Origin: Bdellovibrionales bacterium
GTDB lineage: Bacteria > Bdellovibrionota > Bdellovibrionia > Bdellovibrionales > UBA1609
Length of the DNA: 64,000 nt
NCBI GenBank assembly: GCA_019695175.1
Contig: JAIBAM010000001.1
Span: 149,689 to 213,688, forward strand
Reading direction: 5' to 3'
The notes below the pieces were generated by a model that did no database searches, was not told where the DNA came from, and was given only the letters and a program-made list of their open reading frames with translations. Shown here in pieces: positions 45,774-56,333 of this stretch (positions are counted from its first letter, which is position 1; every line of letters begins with the position of its first letter). The position numbers and the translations under genes were made by a program.

Positions 45774-48137
45774 TTACAACTCCTGAGGCAAGGTGGAAAT
45801 AAGAACAGTTCGGGGCTTACTGCCATTGGCCGGCCCTACCACACCCTCGGCTTCAAAAATTTCAATCATGCGTGCTGCACGGGGATAACCCAATCGAAAT
45901 TTTCGCTGCAACAAAGAAGCACTGACTTCTTTTAGGGTGGCCACATGCTGCAGAACTTCATCATATTTTTCATCTTTGATGTCTTCATCACTTGAAAAAT
46001 CTGTTGAACCATCCTCCTCAAAAAAATTCTTTTCACCATTTTTATTTTGTAGAGCCCGCAAGGCCGAAGCTTCATAATTTGGCTCCCCTTGATCTTTCCA
46101 AAACTTAACAACTTGGTTCATTTCAGACTCTGCCAAGTAGGGCCCATGGTGACGATCTGGCTTTGCAACTCCAGGGGCTAAGAATAACATGTCCCCTCTC
46201 GCCAAGAGTCTTTCTGCCCCTGATTCATCAAGAATAATTCTGGAATCCATCTTGCTGGCAACCTTAAAACTAATTCTTCCCGGAATATTCGTTTTAATCA
46301 AACCTGTCACCACATCACGCCTTGGACTTTGCATAGCCAAAATAAGATGTATTCCACAAGCTCGAGCCATTTGAGCCAGGCGAACGACAGATTGCTCCAC
46401 ATTAACTTTGTCCACTGCCATTAAATCACCAAACTCTTCAACAACAATTACGATGTAAGGAAGAAAAGAAAAATAATAGCTTTCTAAGAGAGCTTCCTTT
46501 TCTAAAAATACATTTTTATCTTCGTGGTTCTGCTTTTCTTCTGCACTTAAGCCTCCTACAATTTCATTAAAAGATTCGAGCCCTCTGGCTCCAAACTTTG
46601 CCATAGACCGATATCGTTTTTCCATTTCACGAATCGCCCAACGCAAAACCCCCACAGCCTGCTGAGCCTCTCTCACTGGTGGTGTTATTAAATGGGGTAT
46701 TTTTTCAAAAACAGCCAGATCCACCTGTTTGGGATCAACAAGAATAAGCCTTAGCGTTTGTGGCGAATGTCTAAACAACAATCCTGTAATTATGGACACA
46801 ACAAAAACGGATTTTCCAGAACCTGTTGTCCCAGCCACGAGTAAATGGGGCATTTTTCGTAAGTCAACAACCTTAGGTTCGCCGTCAGCTCTCCTACCCA
46901 GAGTCAATGGGAGCCTACATTCATTTTCCCAAAAATCCCCATGATTTAAAATATCTTTTAAATAAACCGATTCACGTTGCGAATTAGAGGTTTCAATTCC
47001 AACCACATCCCTTCCTGGAATGGGGGCTATAATACGAACCGATTCACTGCTCAAAGCTAAAGACAAATCATCCGCCAAGTCCGTAATTCGACTTATTTTA
47101 ACATCTGCGGCAGGTTTGAACTCGAACAAAGTCACAGCAGGTCCTGGTTTGATATTCACCACCTCACCATGAACAGAAAATTGAGCCAATTTTTCTACTA
47201 AAAGTTTTGCTTTATTTTTGATTTCTTTTTCATCCCAGCGCAGTCTTTTTTGAGGTGGGTCTTCCAAAAGAGATAGTTTGGGCAAAGTCCAATTTGTAGC
47301 TACTTCTTTTGAAACTGAAAGTGAATGAGATCCTCTTATACTTTTCTTTACCTCCATTGAAGGCATTGTCTGTATAGGAATTAATTTATTTTGCTTTATT
47401 TCCGGCGCAAGAGTTGCTTTGGGAACTGAAGAGAGACGTTCATTCATGGGAAAAAAATGTTTTTTCCCATTGGAAATACCCTCGTTTGAAATTGAGAGAA
47501 CTCTCTTTTTGATGTTGTGAGGCCAGAATTTGTTTTTAAAAAATTGGGTGGTACTAAAAAGTTTAGTCATTTTTTGCCACAACAATTGAGCGGACCAAAA
47601 CAACCTGTGCCTTACTTGAAAAAGTTCCCACATCGTTTTTTCGGAGTAAAAAAGTAAACAGATAATTGCAAAAGAAAATAACAAAATCCCTGTTCCCATA
47701 AAGCTTAGGAGTGGCACCAATGGCAGACAAACCAACCATCCCAAAAATCCACCGGAACGATAAAGTCCGCCCATTGAAAAGTAATGCGGTAAATACAATT
47801 CTAAAAGACCACCGGTTGCTGATATAATAAGTCCACCTAAAATGAATCTAAACCTAAAGGTCTTAGGTTCTTTACTGTGGAAGAAGGAATCCCAGGAATC
47901 ATGAATTAAACCCAAACAGATAAGCCATGCACTCACACCAAAAATTTGAAATAGAAAATCCGCCGTTAGAGCCCCTATATATCCGCAAAAATTATGAATA
48001 ACTCCGCTTCTACTTAAGAAGCTAAAGGAAGGATCTAATCCGGAATGGCTGTAAAGTGAGAACCCTACAAAGGCACCTATTGCCAACCCTAGTATTCCCC
48101 TGATATCACTTCGATGTTTTATAAATATATGACTCAT
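45774..48137 (-). CDS. ftsK: DNA translocase FtsK/SpoIIIE
   Basis: N-terminal polytopic membrane domain. Motor domain with Walker A GTTGSGKS and Walker B-region YIVIVVEEFGDLM, plus RGDMLF. C-terminal gamma winged helix LLQRKFRLGYPRAARMIEIFEAEGVVGP. Confidence 0.95.
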   Translation of the reverse strand: MSHIFIKHRSDIRGILGLAIGAFVGFSLYSHSGLDPSFSFLSRSGVIHNFCGYIGALTADFLFQIFGVSAWLICLGLIHDSWDSFFHSKEPKTFRFRFILGGLIISATGGLLELYLPHYFSMGGLYRSGGFLGWLVCLPLVPLLSFMGTGILLFSFAIICLLFYSEKTMWELFQVRHRLFWSAQLLWQKMTKLFSTTQFFKNKFWPHNIKKRVLSISNEGISNGKKHFFPMNERLSSVPKATLAPEIKQNKLIPIQTMPSMEVKKSIRGSHSLSVSKEVATNWTLPKLSLLEDPPQKRLRWDEKEIKNKAKLLVEKLAQFSVHGEVVNIKPGPAVTLFEFKPAADVKISRITDLADDLSLALSSESVRIIAPIPGRDVVGIETSNSQRESVYLKDILNHGDFWENECRLPLTLGRRADGEPKVVDLRKMPHLLVAGTTGSGKSVFVVSIITGLLFRHSPQTLRLILVDPKQVDLAVFEKIPHLITPPVREAQQAVGVLRWAIREMEKRYRSMAKFGARGLESFNEIVGGLSAEEKQNHEDKNVFLEKEALLESYYFSFLPYIVIVVEEFGDLMAVDKVNVEQSVVRLAQMARACGIHLILAMQSPRRDVVTGLIKTNIPGRISFKVASKMDSRIILDESGAERLLARGDMLFLAPGVAKPDRHHGPYLAESEMNQVVKFWKDQGEPNYEASALRALQNKNGEKNFFEEDGSTDFSSDEDIKDEKYDEVLQHVATLKEVSASLLQRKFRLGYPRAARMIEIFEAEGVVGPANGSKPRTVLISTLPQEL

Positions 48138-48267
48138 TACAACAGTTTAAGTTTCTTCACGGGTGATGAAAAGTCTGGATTTACTGAATTAATGTTTAGC
48201 AGCTAGGGTTGGCCACAACAGGTTATGAAAAATCGAATGTAATTTAAAAAAAAGGAACTAAAACCAT

Positions 48268-48900
48268 ATGCTAAAAATTAATGAAATATTTTTCAGTATA
48301 CAGGGTGAATCCACAAGAGCTGGACTTCCCACCTTATTTATACGTACGTCGGGTTGTCATCTTCGTTGCACTTATTGTGACACGACTTACGCCTACCATG
48401 AAGGTGAAAAAAAAAACCATAATGAAATTTTTAAATCAATAGAAAGCTATCCCACTAAATTTGTCTGTGTTACGGGGGGAGAACCCTTACTGCAACCAGG
48501 GATATTTTCATTTTTAACTGAACTTTGTAATAGGGGATACGATGTTTCTCTTGAAACGAGTGGTGATATCTCCTGTAAGCCAGTGGACTCCAGAGTTTTG
48601 AAAATTATAGATATTAAAACCCCTGACAGTGGGGAGTTTGGCAAATTTCATGAGGATAATTTAAATATTCCCGGACCCACTGAATACAAATTTGTGATTT
48701 GCTCTGAGAAAGACTTCACATGGTCAGAGGATTTTTGCAAAAAAAACCATTTGGAAAGATTTACAGTTTTGTACAGTCCGTCATATTTACAAGTTGAACC
48801 AAAATGGTTGGCAGAAAAGATTCTTCATGGAAAATCTTATGCAAGATTGCAACTTCAATTGCATAAGTACATTTGGAATCCTAATAAACGCGGTGTATAG
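48268..48900 (+). CDS. queE: 7-carboxy-7-deazaguanine synthase (radical SAM)
   Basis: IFFSIQGEST, radical-SAM cluster motif CHLRCTYCDT (CX3CX2C), and VCVTGGEPLLQ. 210 aa. Confidence 0.85.
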   Translation: MLKINEIFFSIQGESTRAGLPTLFIRTSGCHLRCTYCDTTYAYHEGEKKNHNEIFKSIESYPTKFVCVTGGEPLLQPGIFSFLTELCNRGYDVSLETSGDISCKPVDSRVLKIIDIKTPDSGEFGKFHEDNLNIPGPTEYKFVICSEKDFTWSEDFCKKNHLERFTVLYSPSYLQVEPKWLAEKILHGKSYARLQLQLHKYIWNPNKRGV

Positions 48901-48930
48901 GTTGTATCGTTATAGGGAGGGATAAAACAC

Positions 48931-49236
48931 ATGCAAAGCTTCAATGAAAGTGATCTCATACAGTCAAACAATATTAAAAATCTCAGTTTGGAAACATTAG
49001 TTAAGAGTAAGTTGGAACTTTTTTTTCAACAACGAGAAGCCGCACAGGTCGAACTGGAAAATTTACATCAAATGGTCATTGAGCAAGTGGAGAAACCGTT
49101 AATAGAACTAGCACTTAAGGTATTTAAAGGAAATCAAGTCCAGACAGCAAAAATGCTAGGCATAAATCGTAATACTCTTAAGAAAAAGATAGATAATTAT
49201 AAAATCAAACCCAAAATAAATCTAAATCAATTATGA
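48931..49236 (+). CDS. Fis-family (HTH_8) small DNA-binding protein
   Basis: 101 aa. C-terminal HTH GNQVQTAKMLGINRNTLKKKIDNYKI, typical of Fis-type proteins. Confidence 0.75.
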   Translation: MQSFNESDLIQSNNIKNLSLETLVKSKLELFFQQREAAQVELENLHQMVIEQVEKPLIELALKVFKGNQVQTAKMLGINRNTLKKKIDNYKIKPKINLNQL

Positions 49237-49452
49237 CACTGACGCTAGGGTTTGGATTTTACTTTTAATCCAAAAGAAAAGTATTTATAAAGCTCCGTGG
49301 AACATTAAGTTCAAATTGTGATTTATTCAATTGAATACTAAGTTCCATTTTCAAACCAAATTGGCTTCCTTATCAGATTTATTTTTGAAGTTGTCTTTGA
49401 TTTTAAGCCAATCCTGCTTAAAAATTTTTCTTTTCCCAATAAGAGGTTCAAG

Positions 49453-50889
49453 TTGAGTTCGATCGAGCAACGTATACCCCCACAAAATATTGAAGCCGAA
49501 CAGGCTGTGATTGGTGGCTTACTCATTGAACCAGAAAAATGGGACGATGTGAGAGAACTTATTTCCCCTGAAGACTTCTATAAACCAGCACACAAAAAAA
49601 TTTTTTTGGCTTTACAAGCTTTAAATAAGAGGAACCACCCTACCGACCTCGTCACAGTGAGCAATTACCTTCGAGAACATAATGAATTGGAATCCATTGG
49701 TGGCCCCAGTTATTTAGCAGAAATTATGGAGCAAATCCCCTCCACAGCCCACTTAACCTCCCACGCCCAAATCATTCATGATAAATCAGTTTTGAGAAAA
49801 ATTGTCCACGTCAGTCAAAGCTTTATCGAAAAAGCTTTTAACCCAGATTATGATTCATTAGATAATTTTCTAGATGGAATAGAACAACAAATTTTTCAAG
49901 TCAGTCAGGCCCGGGGAACACAAGGACTAGTTGATGCCAGCGAACTTGTTCGTCTCAGTTTACAAAAAATTGAAGAGCTTTATGCCAAAAAGTTAAAAGT
50001 TACTGGAGTCCCCACTGGATTTATAGAACTAGATGAGTTAACCGCTGGGTTTCAACCTGGTGAATTTATTATCATTGCCGCACGTCCATCCATGGGAAAG
50101 ACCGCTTTCAGTCTTAACTTTACACTTCATGCCGCCCTCAAGGAAAAGAAAAAAGTCGCCTACTTTTCCGTGGAGATGGCAAAAGAACAAGTAATGATTC
50201 GTCTTTTAGCAAGCACCGCCAAAGTAAGATTGGGTGATTTACGTATTGGTCAAATAGATGATCTCGCCTGGCCCCGTTTGATTAATACCGCTGCAACTAT
50301 TAGTGAAACAAATTTGTTTATAGATGATACCGCTGGGATTAGTCCCTTTGAAATCAGAGCTAAAGCACGAAGGCTCAAAGCTACCCATGGCATTGATATG
50401 ATTATTATTGATTACTTACAATTAATGAGCTTGAAGCAGAAAGTTGAAAATCGACAACAGGAAGTTTCAGAGATTTCCAAATTACTAAAGTCCATAGCCA
50501 AAGAACTTCAAATTCCTGTAGTGGCACTCGCTCAGCTGAACCGTGCTGTGGAAGGACGCTCTGATAGAAGACCCATGCTTTCAGACTTAAGAGAGTCTGG
50601 ATCCATTGAACAAGATGCTGACGTTATCATGATGCTTTATCGTGAAGACTATTACGATAGAGAAAATCCCGAAATTAAAGGTATGGCTGAGGTTATTGTT
50701 GGCAAGCAAAGAAACGGTCCCACTGACACAATAAAACTCCGTTGGCTGCCAGAGTATGGTTTGTTTGAAAACAATATCCCAGGTCCTATGGCGCCCTTAC
50801 CAGAAGGACCCTCAAATCAAAATATTCGCAAAATTGAAAGTGGTGGCTTTAAAAATAAGAAACCTTTGAACTTTGCCCCTTCCACATAG
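49453..50889 (+). CDS. dnaB: replicative DNA helicase DnaB
   Basis: PPQNIEAEQAVIGGLL N-terminal signature. Walker A AARPSMGKTAF. Walker B IIIDYLQLM. RESGSIEQDADV. VGKQRNGPT. TTG start preceded by AAGAGG. Confidence 0.95.
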   Translation: MSSIEQRIPPQNIEAEQAVIGGLLIEPEKWDDVRELISPEDFYKPAHKKIFLALQALNKRNHPTDLVTVSNYLREHNELESIGGPSYLAEIMEQIPSTAHLTSHAQIIHDKSVLRKIVHVSQSFIEKAFNPDYDSLDNFLDGIEQQIFQVSQARGTQGLVDASELVRLSLQKIEELYAKKLKVTGVPTGFIELDELTAGFQPGEFIIIAARPSMGKTAFSLNFTLHAALKEKKKVAYFSVEMAKEQVMIRLLASTAKVRLGDLRIGQIDDLAWPRLINTAATISETNLFIDDTAGISPFEIRAKARRLKATHGIDMIIIDYLQLMSLKQKVENRQQEVSEISKLLKSIAKELQIPVVALAQLNRAVEGRSDRRPMLSDLRESGSIEQDADVIMMLYREDYYDRENPEIKGMAEVIVGKQRNGPTDTIKLRWLPEYGLFENNIPGPMAPLPEGPSNQNIRKIESGGFKNKKPLNFAPST

Positions 50890-50950
50890 CAAATTTATTT
50901 TAACAATAAAATTATCAACCCCCCCCCTGCCTTCCCCTTATTTGTCTATA

Positions 50951-50981
50951 AATTTTATTTTATTTATAATAAAATAAAATT
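50951..50981. repeat. 31-bp perfect AT-only palindrome downstream of dnaB
   Basis: AATTTTATTTTATT (50951-50964), then TAT, then AATAAAATAAAATT (50968-50981). That is 14/14 complementary arms. A C9 run lies just upstream at 50919-50927. Confidence 0.9.
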
Positions 50982-51198
50982 ATCTAACCAATAAATTATC
51001 CTCATTTTTGTCTCAATTTAAGTCGTAAAAATGTATGTTTTTAATACAAAAACCATATTTTTTCTGTCATTTATGCTGAATTAAAAAAAATTTGATAAAA
51101 TGGATATGGTTAAGGGAGATTTAAGAAAATCCCAGATTAGCGAAAGCCCTTTCTTTTCGCACAAAAAACTTTAACCATGAGAGAGGTCACTGAAAAAA

Positions 51199-51849
51199 AT
51201 GGGACGGGATCACAAAGACAAAAATAATTTACACCAAACAATACCAGATAATGCTTGCCACCCTGAAATCATCAGTTCTCCGCGCCCATTTTTCACAGAA
51301 GTGATTAGTACTTCTTTACAAAAAAGAAAAATCGAGACATCCAATCAAACTAAATTTTATTTAGTCGATTTACTCGAACACTATATGTTTGCAGCTAATT
51401 TGTTTTTAAATAATGAAGCCCCTCAACGCAATCAAACCCTTGCTGAAACTTACTTACAAAGTTTTTCAGCAGAACCTAGTATGCGTATGGAATTGCTTAA
51501 GAAGTTAGGAGATACAGCATTGTATGTGAGTGGGTTTTTTGGTGACTCTTTACAAAAAAAAATCATAGATATTGATTATTATGTGGATATTGGGGGGTCG
51601 GCTTATAATTTACTTTCCCGAGCAACGGAAAATCATCTTACTGCACAGGTTTTTAATGATTTATCCTCCCGATTTTTAGATTATATGGATTTATTAACTC
51701 ATATAAGCCAACAGCTCCTGATTCAGAGCAATCAGGATATACTAAGACTTTATGACAGATTTTTAAGTACGGGCTCTAAATTAGCCCAAGAGCAACTGAT
51801 TGAAAGGGGAGTTTTAACTACGAAGTCAGCTAATAAAACTCATCAATAA
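51199..51849 (+). CDS. hypothetical protein
   Basis: 216-aa ORF, predicted soluble and helical. No recognised motif. GAGAGG lies upstream of the ATG. Confidence 0.55.
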   Translation: MGRDHKDKNNLHQTIPDNACHPEIISSPRPFFTEVISTSLQKRKIETSNQTKFYLVDLLEHYMFAANLFLNNEAPQRNQTLAETYLQSFSAEPSMRMELLKKLGDTALYVSGFFGDSLQKKIIDIDYYVDIGGSAYNLLSRATENHLTAQVFNDLSSRFLDYMDLLTHISQQLLIQSNQDILRLYDRFLSTGSKLAQEQLIERGVLTTKSANKTHQ

Positions 51850-51886
51850 TTGCCTAATTTAATCCCTTCATCTAGACTCCTATACT

Positions 51887-52135
51887 ATGTTCAATTTGAG
51901 TCTATCAGAAATGCTCCTCTTGGGAGTTATTATATTAATTTTTATTGGCCCCAAAGAATTGCCAGAAATTGCAAGAGTGATAGGTCGCTTTCTTAATGAT
52001 TTGAAGCGAACCTCAGGAGATCTCTCACAAACCATTATCAACTCTAAATGGGAAGAAGATAACAAGAATCAAGCCCTACCTCCGGTTCAGAATACTGAAA
52101 AAATTCCTCCATCTAATGAAGATGAGAAAAAATAA
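51887..52135 (+). CDS. twin-arginine translocase TatA/TatB-family subunit
   Basis: 82 aa. N-terminal TM plus hinge LSEMLLLGVIILIFIGPKELPEIARVIGRFLNDLKR (FGPxxLP signature). Its stop overlaps the tatC ATG. Confidence 0.88.
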   Translation: MFNLSLSEMLLLGVIILIFIGPKELPEIARVIGRFLNDLKRTSGDLSQTIINSKWEEDNKNQALPPVQNTEKIPPSNEDEKK

Positions 52136-52881
52136 TGCATAAAACTTCCACAGACCACCACCAAACTCTTGTTGAACACCTGGTTGATTTACGAAAATGT
52201 ATTGTTAGAATTTTATGGGTTCTTGTGGGTGGTTTTGCCATTTGCTGGACCTTTAGCGAACAACTCATGGACATCATAAGACAGCCTATTCAACCTTTTT
52301 TATCGCAAACTTCTGGGGGCGGTTTAGTTTTTTTAGGTGTCATGGATAAGTTTTTAGCTCATCTTAAAATTTCTTTTTTAGCGAGTGTTATCCTCACTTG
52401 TCCGCTTTGGCTCTTTCAAGTATGGAAGTTTGTCGTCCCAGCTCTTTATGATTCTGAAAAAAAATTTGCTTACGGATTTATCTCTTTTGGAACTTTTTTA
52501 TTCTTAACTGGAACTCTCTTTGCGTATTTTTTAGTCCTTCCTATGGCCTTTAAATTTTTACTCAACTTTGGTGGCTCCATAGATAAACCAATGATCACCT
52601 TGGCAGAGTATTTATCATTTTTTACTACAACAACTTTAGTATTTGGCGCCGCATTTGAATTACCATTAATTCTCACCTTGCTTGGAATATTAGGCGTTAT
52701 AGATTCTTCTTTTTTAAGAAAAAATCGCCGCTATGCTGTTGTCGTGCTCTCTATTATTTCAGCAATTATCACTCCACCGGATGCCCTTAGTATGTTTATG
52801 TTACTAATCCCTTTACTGGGACTATATGAACTTTCTATTTGGCTTGTGCAAGTAATGGCAAAATCAAAGTCCAGCGTATAA
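52135..52881 (+). CDS. tatC: twin-arginine translocase subunit TatC
   Basis: 248 aa with six predicted TMs. LVEHLVDLRKCI N-terminal helix, PALYDSEKK loop, ITPPDALS motif. Confidence 0.93.
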   Translation: MHKTSTDHHQTLVEHLVDLRKCIVRILWVLVGGFAICWTFSEQLMDIIRQPIQPFLSQTSGGGLVFLGVMDKFLAHLKISFLASVILTCPLWLFQVWKFVVPALYDSEKKFAYGFISFGTFLFLTGTLFAYFLVLPMAFKFLLNFGGSIDKPMITLAEYLSFFTTTTLVFGAAFELPLILTLLGILGVIDSSFLRKNRRYAVVVLSIISAIITPPDALSMFMLLIPLLGLYELSIWLVQVMAKSKSSV

Positions 52882-52910
52882 ATAGAGTACAAAAAACCAA
52901 TGACTTTATT

Positions 52911-53402
52911 TTATCCCGATTCAATCCACTGGTTCAGACTCACATTACGAAGTCGCTCATTTTCTGTTTCCAGGACCTTAGTAAGAGTCCTTAAATCCAC
53001 AAGTTCTTCCTTAAGTTGTTGAACCAACTTTTCCTTTTCTTGTAAAGCTTCGTTGTAGGCTTGTTTCAGTTCGCTCAAAATACGATTTGTCGTAGACAAA
53101 ATTGGCTCGGGATCTAAATCAAGAAGGAGCGATGGGGTCGTTTTACTCTTGATTTTTGAATGCTCATGAATAACTCCGCCACCGTTTTTGTTTTGTGGGG
53201 GGGCTGTAACGGTGGCAGAGATTTTTCCCATTGAAGGGGAGACTCGCTTTTCTTTAACTAATTGTTGATCACAAAGAAGGTATTTGCCCTCTATAAATTC
53301 ATATTCAATTTCACCTGACTTAATTTTTCGTCTTAGTGTGGAGATGCTCACTCCATATTTTCCTGAATACTCAGTAAGGGGCAACCAACTCTTTTGGCTC
53401 AT
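52911..53402 (-). CDS. HTH (MerR/excisionase-type) DNA-binding protein with C-terminal coiled coil
   Basis: The N-terminus LTEYSGKYGVSISTLRRKIKSGEIEYEFIEGKYLL resembles an HTH_17/MerR-type wing. The C-terminus EKEKLVQQLKEELVDLRTLTKVLETENERLR is a leucine-zipper-like coil. Confidence 0.6.
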   Translation of the reverse strand: MSQKSWLPLTEYSGKYGVSISTLRRKIKSGEIEYEFIEGKYLLCDQQLVKEKRVSPSMGKISATVTAPPQNKNGGGVIHEHSKIKSKTTPSLLLDLDPEPILSTTNRILSELKQAYNEALQEKEKLVQQLKEELVDLRTLTKVLETENERLRNVSLNQWIESG

Positions 53403-53576
53403 GACTACTCTCCTTGCTTATTAAAAATTAACACAGACTATTCAGATACAACTAATATTGAATAGCCATTACACTAAAATCCGGACTTCAGACTGGAGTG
53501 GCTATTCACTTGCCTACTCAAATTATTTTTTTGCGTACTCATATTAAAATACTCAAACTGGAGAATAAATGATCTA

Positions 53577-54791
53577 ATGAGAGACAGCATGCGATTGAGT
53601 GAAAGAAAAAAAATTGCGTTAGTTCTCAGTGGTGGAGGTATTAAAGCTGCGGCTTTCCATATTGGGGTTTGTCTTGCGCTGAGGGAAAAAGGTTTCCACT
53701 TTAGCCCTGAATCTCCAGCGGAAAATAAAGAAGCCAACCATCCTTTAACTTTTAAGATTTACGTTGGATCCAGTGCTGGCTCTGTAATTAGTACTTTTTT
53801 AGCAGCAGGATACTCCATAGATTCTATCATTAGTGCTTTTATGCAAGGTTCAGGAGAGGATGTTCCAATTACTAAGAATTCCCAAAAACAATCTTACCTA
53901 AAGCCCATTAGTTACAGAGATATTTTTGGCCTCAATGTTCAACTTGGTTATCCTACACGACTCCTTTCTAGTTTTTTTAAAAAGAAACCCGTAATTACTG
54001 GTGGTCTTGAGGTTTTGCTTAAACGCGGTTTTAAAGTAAACGGATTATTTACTACAAAAAATATTGAAAAATATCTTCGCCAACACGTTCTTCCTGAAAA
54101 CTCCTTTAAATCTTTGGCATCCGAACTCTACATTGTGGCCACACAACTGAACCACAGTCGAAAAGTAGTCTTTGGCAACTTTACCGAAACTAACAAACTG
54201 AAGGATATCCAATATGCCAATTATGCCCCTGTAAGTGAAGCTGTAGCCGCCTCAGCAAGTTTACCCCCATTTTTTTCTCCTTACCCAATTACGGACCGAT
54301 CAGGAAAAGAAATCTATTTTTTTGATGGGGAAATTCGTGACACACTATCAACCCATGTCGCAGCAGACCATGGAGCAGATTTAGTTATTTCATCTTACTC
54401 TATTCAACCCTACCATTATAATAAAGATATGGGTTCACTTCATGAATATGGAATCCCGCTTATCTTCAACCAAGCACTCTACCAAACTGTACAACAAAAA
54501 ATTGAGAAGCATATCCGACATCAACAAAATACTAAATCTATGATCAAAGCCGCTGAAGGTTACTTAAGACAATCTGGTGTGGCTGAAGAACATATTGAAA
54601 AGTTGACTGAAATTTTAGTTCAAAGATCTGGTTTTAACCCAAACGTTGAATACATTTACATTCATCCCAGCCCTCAAGATCATGAGTTCTTTTTCTATGA
54701 CCACTTTAGTCTCAATGCAAAGGTTTTAAGTGCCGTGGTAAAAACAGGCTTTAAATCAGCCATCAACATCTTAAGAAAATATCGTATTTAA
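53577..54791 (+). CDS. patatin-like phospholipase (intact catalytic motifs)
   Basis: Oxyanion loop LVLSGGGIKAAAFHIGV, nucleophile elbow GSSAGS, Asp motif FFDGEIRD. 404 aa. Confidence 0.85.
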   Translation: MRDSMRLSERKKIALVLSGGGIKAAAFHIGVCLALREKGFHFSPESPAENKEANHPLTFKIYVGSSAGSVISTFLAAGYSIDSIISAFMQGSGEDVPITKNSQKQSYLKPISYRDIFGLNVQLGYPTRLLSSFFKKKPVITGGLEVLLKRGFKVNGLFTTKNIEKYLRQHVLPENSFKSLASELYIVATQLNHSRKVVFGNFTETNKLKDIQYANYAPVSEAVAASASLPPFFSPYPITDRSGKEIYFFDGEIRDTLSTHVAADHGADLVISSYSIQPYHYNKDMGSLHEYGIPLIFNQALYQTVQQKIEKHIRHQQNTKSMIKAAEGYLRQSGVAEEHIEKLTEILVQRSGFNPNVEYIYIHPSPQDHEFFFYDHFSLNAKVLSAVVKTGFKSAINILRKYRI

Positions 54792-54854
54792 TGGATTCGT
54801 GTTTGGAAATACGATTTTAACTATGGCTGACTCTACTTAAAAAAGATTCAACTC

Positions 54855-56333
54855 CTAATGGACACCTAAAGCAGAAATGATCCATTGGAACAAGGGTTGG
54901 CTCATGACTCCAAAAACTAAAATAAGAACCATGGAAGCACTGATGACACCAAAACTCAGAGTTTTTTCTTTGGGAAGCACAGCTCCCTCTTCATTTTTCA
55001 TATACATAAAAACAATGGGACGAAGGTAGTAATAAATACTTATTATTGAACTCAATACACCCCAGATAGCCAACCAAATTAACTGATATTTAAGGGCCGC
55101 TGAAAAAATATAAAACTTCGCAAAAAAACCTACAGTGGGAGGAATGCCACCTAAACTTAACAAAACAAGAGTAAAACAACCCGCAAGCCAGGGACTTCTT
55201 TTTCCCAAACCACTTAAATCTTGTACTTGTAACTGCATATCATAATTTTTTTCTAAAATACTCACTATACCGAAGGCCCCAAGAGTCATAATCGAATAAC
55301 TAGCCAGATAAAAAAGGATACTGGCCGAACCGAAAAAATCATCTCCACTCACTCCACTCACTATTAAACCAATCAAAATATACCCCGAATGGGAAATGCT
55401 GGAATAAGCTAGCATTCTCTTCACATTGTTTTGCACAAGAGCGGCTATGTTACCTAAAAGCATAGTTAAGGCTGCAATCCATTGTAGCACCTCAATCAAC
55501 TTGTGAGAGCTGTCCAATCCAACCACCAGTATTTTGAGCGTCTTTAAGAAAACCACAAAGCAGACCGTTTTTACTCCCGTTGCCATAAATGCTGTCACGG
55601 GACTAGGCGAACCTTGGTAGACATCAGGTGTCCAAGCCTGGAATGGAAACAGTGAAACCTTAAAACAAAGTCCTAAAATTACAAAAACCACGCCAAATAA
55701 ATAAATTCTACTGGTTAAAATAAGTTCCCTTGCCGATTCTAAAATTTGGGAAAACTGTGTGCTTCCAACCATTCCATAAATAAGCGCCACGCCGTAAAGT
55801 AAAATTGCAGAAGCAAAGCTTCCTAAAATAAAATATTTAAGAGAAGCTTCCTTTGACAATTTACCCTCAGAACTTAAAGCGATAAGGATGTACAAACAAA
55901 GAGACATCAACTCCATCCCAATAAAGAAAACCATTAAATCGTTAGCCCAAAGTACCGTGAGCATCCCAACAGCACTGTTGAGCAACAAAAATACAAATTC
56001 TGAAAACTGATGATTATTCGAAGAGGTGTTTTCTTTCGCAAAAATAAGCGATGCCCCTGTTATGAGGAGAATCAGAATAGAAACAAAAAAACTCACCCCA
56101 TCAAATTGAAGCATCCCATCAAAAGCAGGTTTGTGGGTTGAACCCAAAGTCACTGTCAGCCCTAGAGCTGTCACCACTCCCGCAAGTGCGCTTGCCAATA
56201 CTGAAAAAGAATTTGTTTCTCTGTTGCCATTAAAAATCTTACTTAAAAGAGGAATTAGACTTGAAAAAAAAAGTACGAGGGCTGGGGAAACAAGAAGTAC
56301 ATCTAGCCAAGAAAAGTGATTGATCGATTCCAT
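54855..56333 (-). CDS. nuoN: NADH-quinone oxidoreductase subunit N
   Basis: 492-aa polytopic antiporter-like subunit. It is the last gene of the nuo block and abuts nuoM (stop at 56334, start at 56333). LAYSSISHSGYIL motif. Confidence 0.88.
   Translation of the reverse strand: MESINHFSWLDVLLVSPALVLFFSSLIPLLSKIFNGNRETNSFSVLASALAGVVTALGLTVTLGSTHKPAFDGMLQFDGVSFFVSILILLITGASLIFAKENTSSNNHQFSEFVFLLLNSAVGMLTVLWANDLMVFFIGMELMSLCLYILIALSSEGKLSKEASLKYFILGSFASAILLYGVALIYGMVGSTQFSQILESARELILTSRIYLFGVVFVILGLCFKVSLFPFQAWTPDVYQGSPSPVTAFMATGVKTVCFVVFLKTLKILVVGLDSSHKLIEVLQWIAALTMLLGNIAALVQNNVKRMLAYSSISHSGYILIGLIVSGVSGDDFFGSASILFYLASYSIMTLGAFGIVSILEKNYDMQLQVQDLSGLGKRSPWLAGCFTLVLLSLGGIPPTVGFFAKFYIFSAALKYQLIWLAIWGVLSSIISIYYYLRPIVFMYMKNEEGAVLPKEKTLSFGVISASMVLILVFGVMSQPLFQWIISALGVH

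Noticed and set aside
48138-48267. Possible preQ1 riboswitch upstream of queE (A-rich tail AAAAAAAAGGAACTAAAACC before the ATG)
   Set aside because: There is no GC-rich P1 hairpin with the conserved loop residues upstream of the A-tract. The resemblance is limited to an A-run plus CTAA.
48407-48416. A10 homopolymer inside queE as a possible frameshift or phase-variation site
   Set aside because: It encodes in-frame Glu-Lys-Lys-Asn (GAA AAA AAA AAC). The downstream frame is intact with conserved QueE motifs. Such runs are expected in an AT-rich genome.
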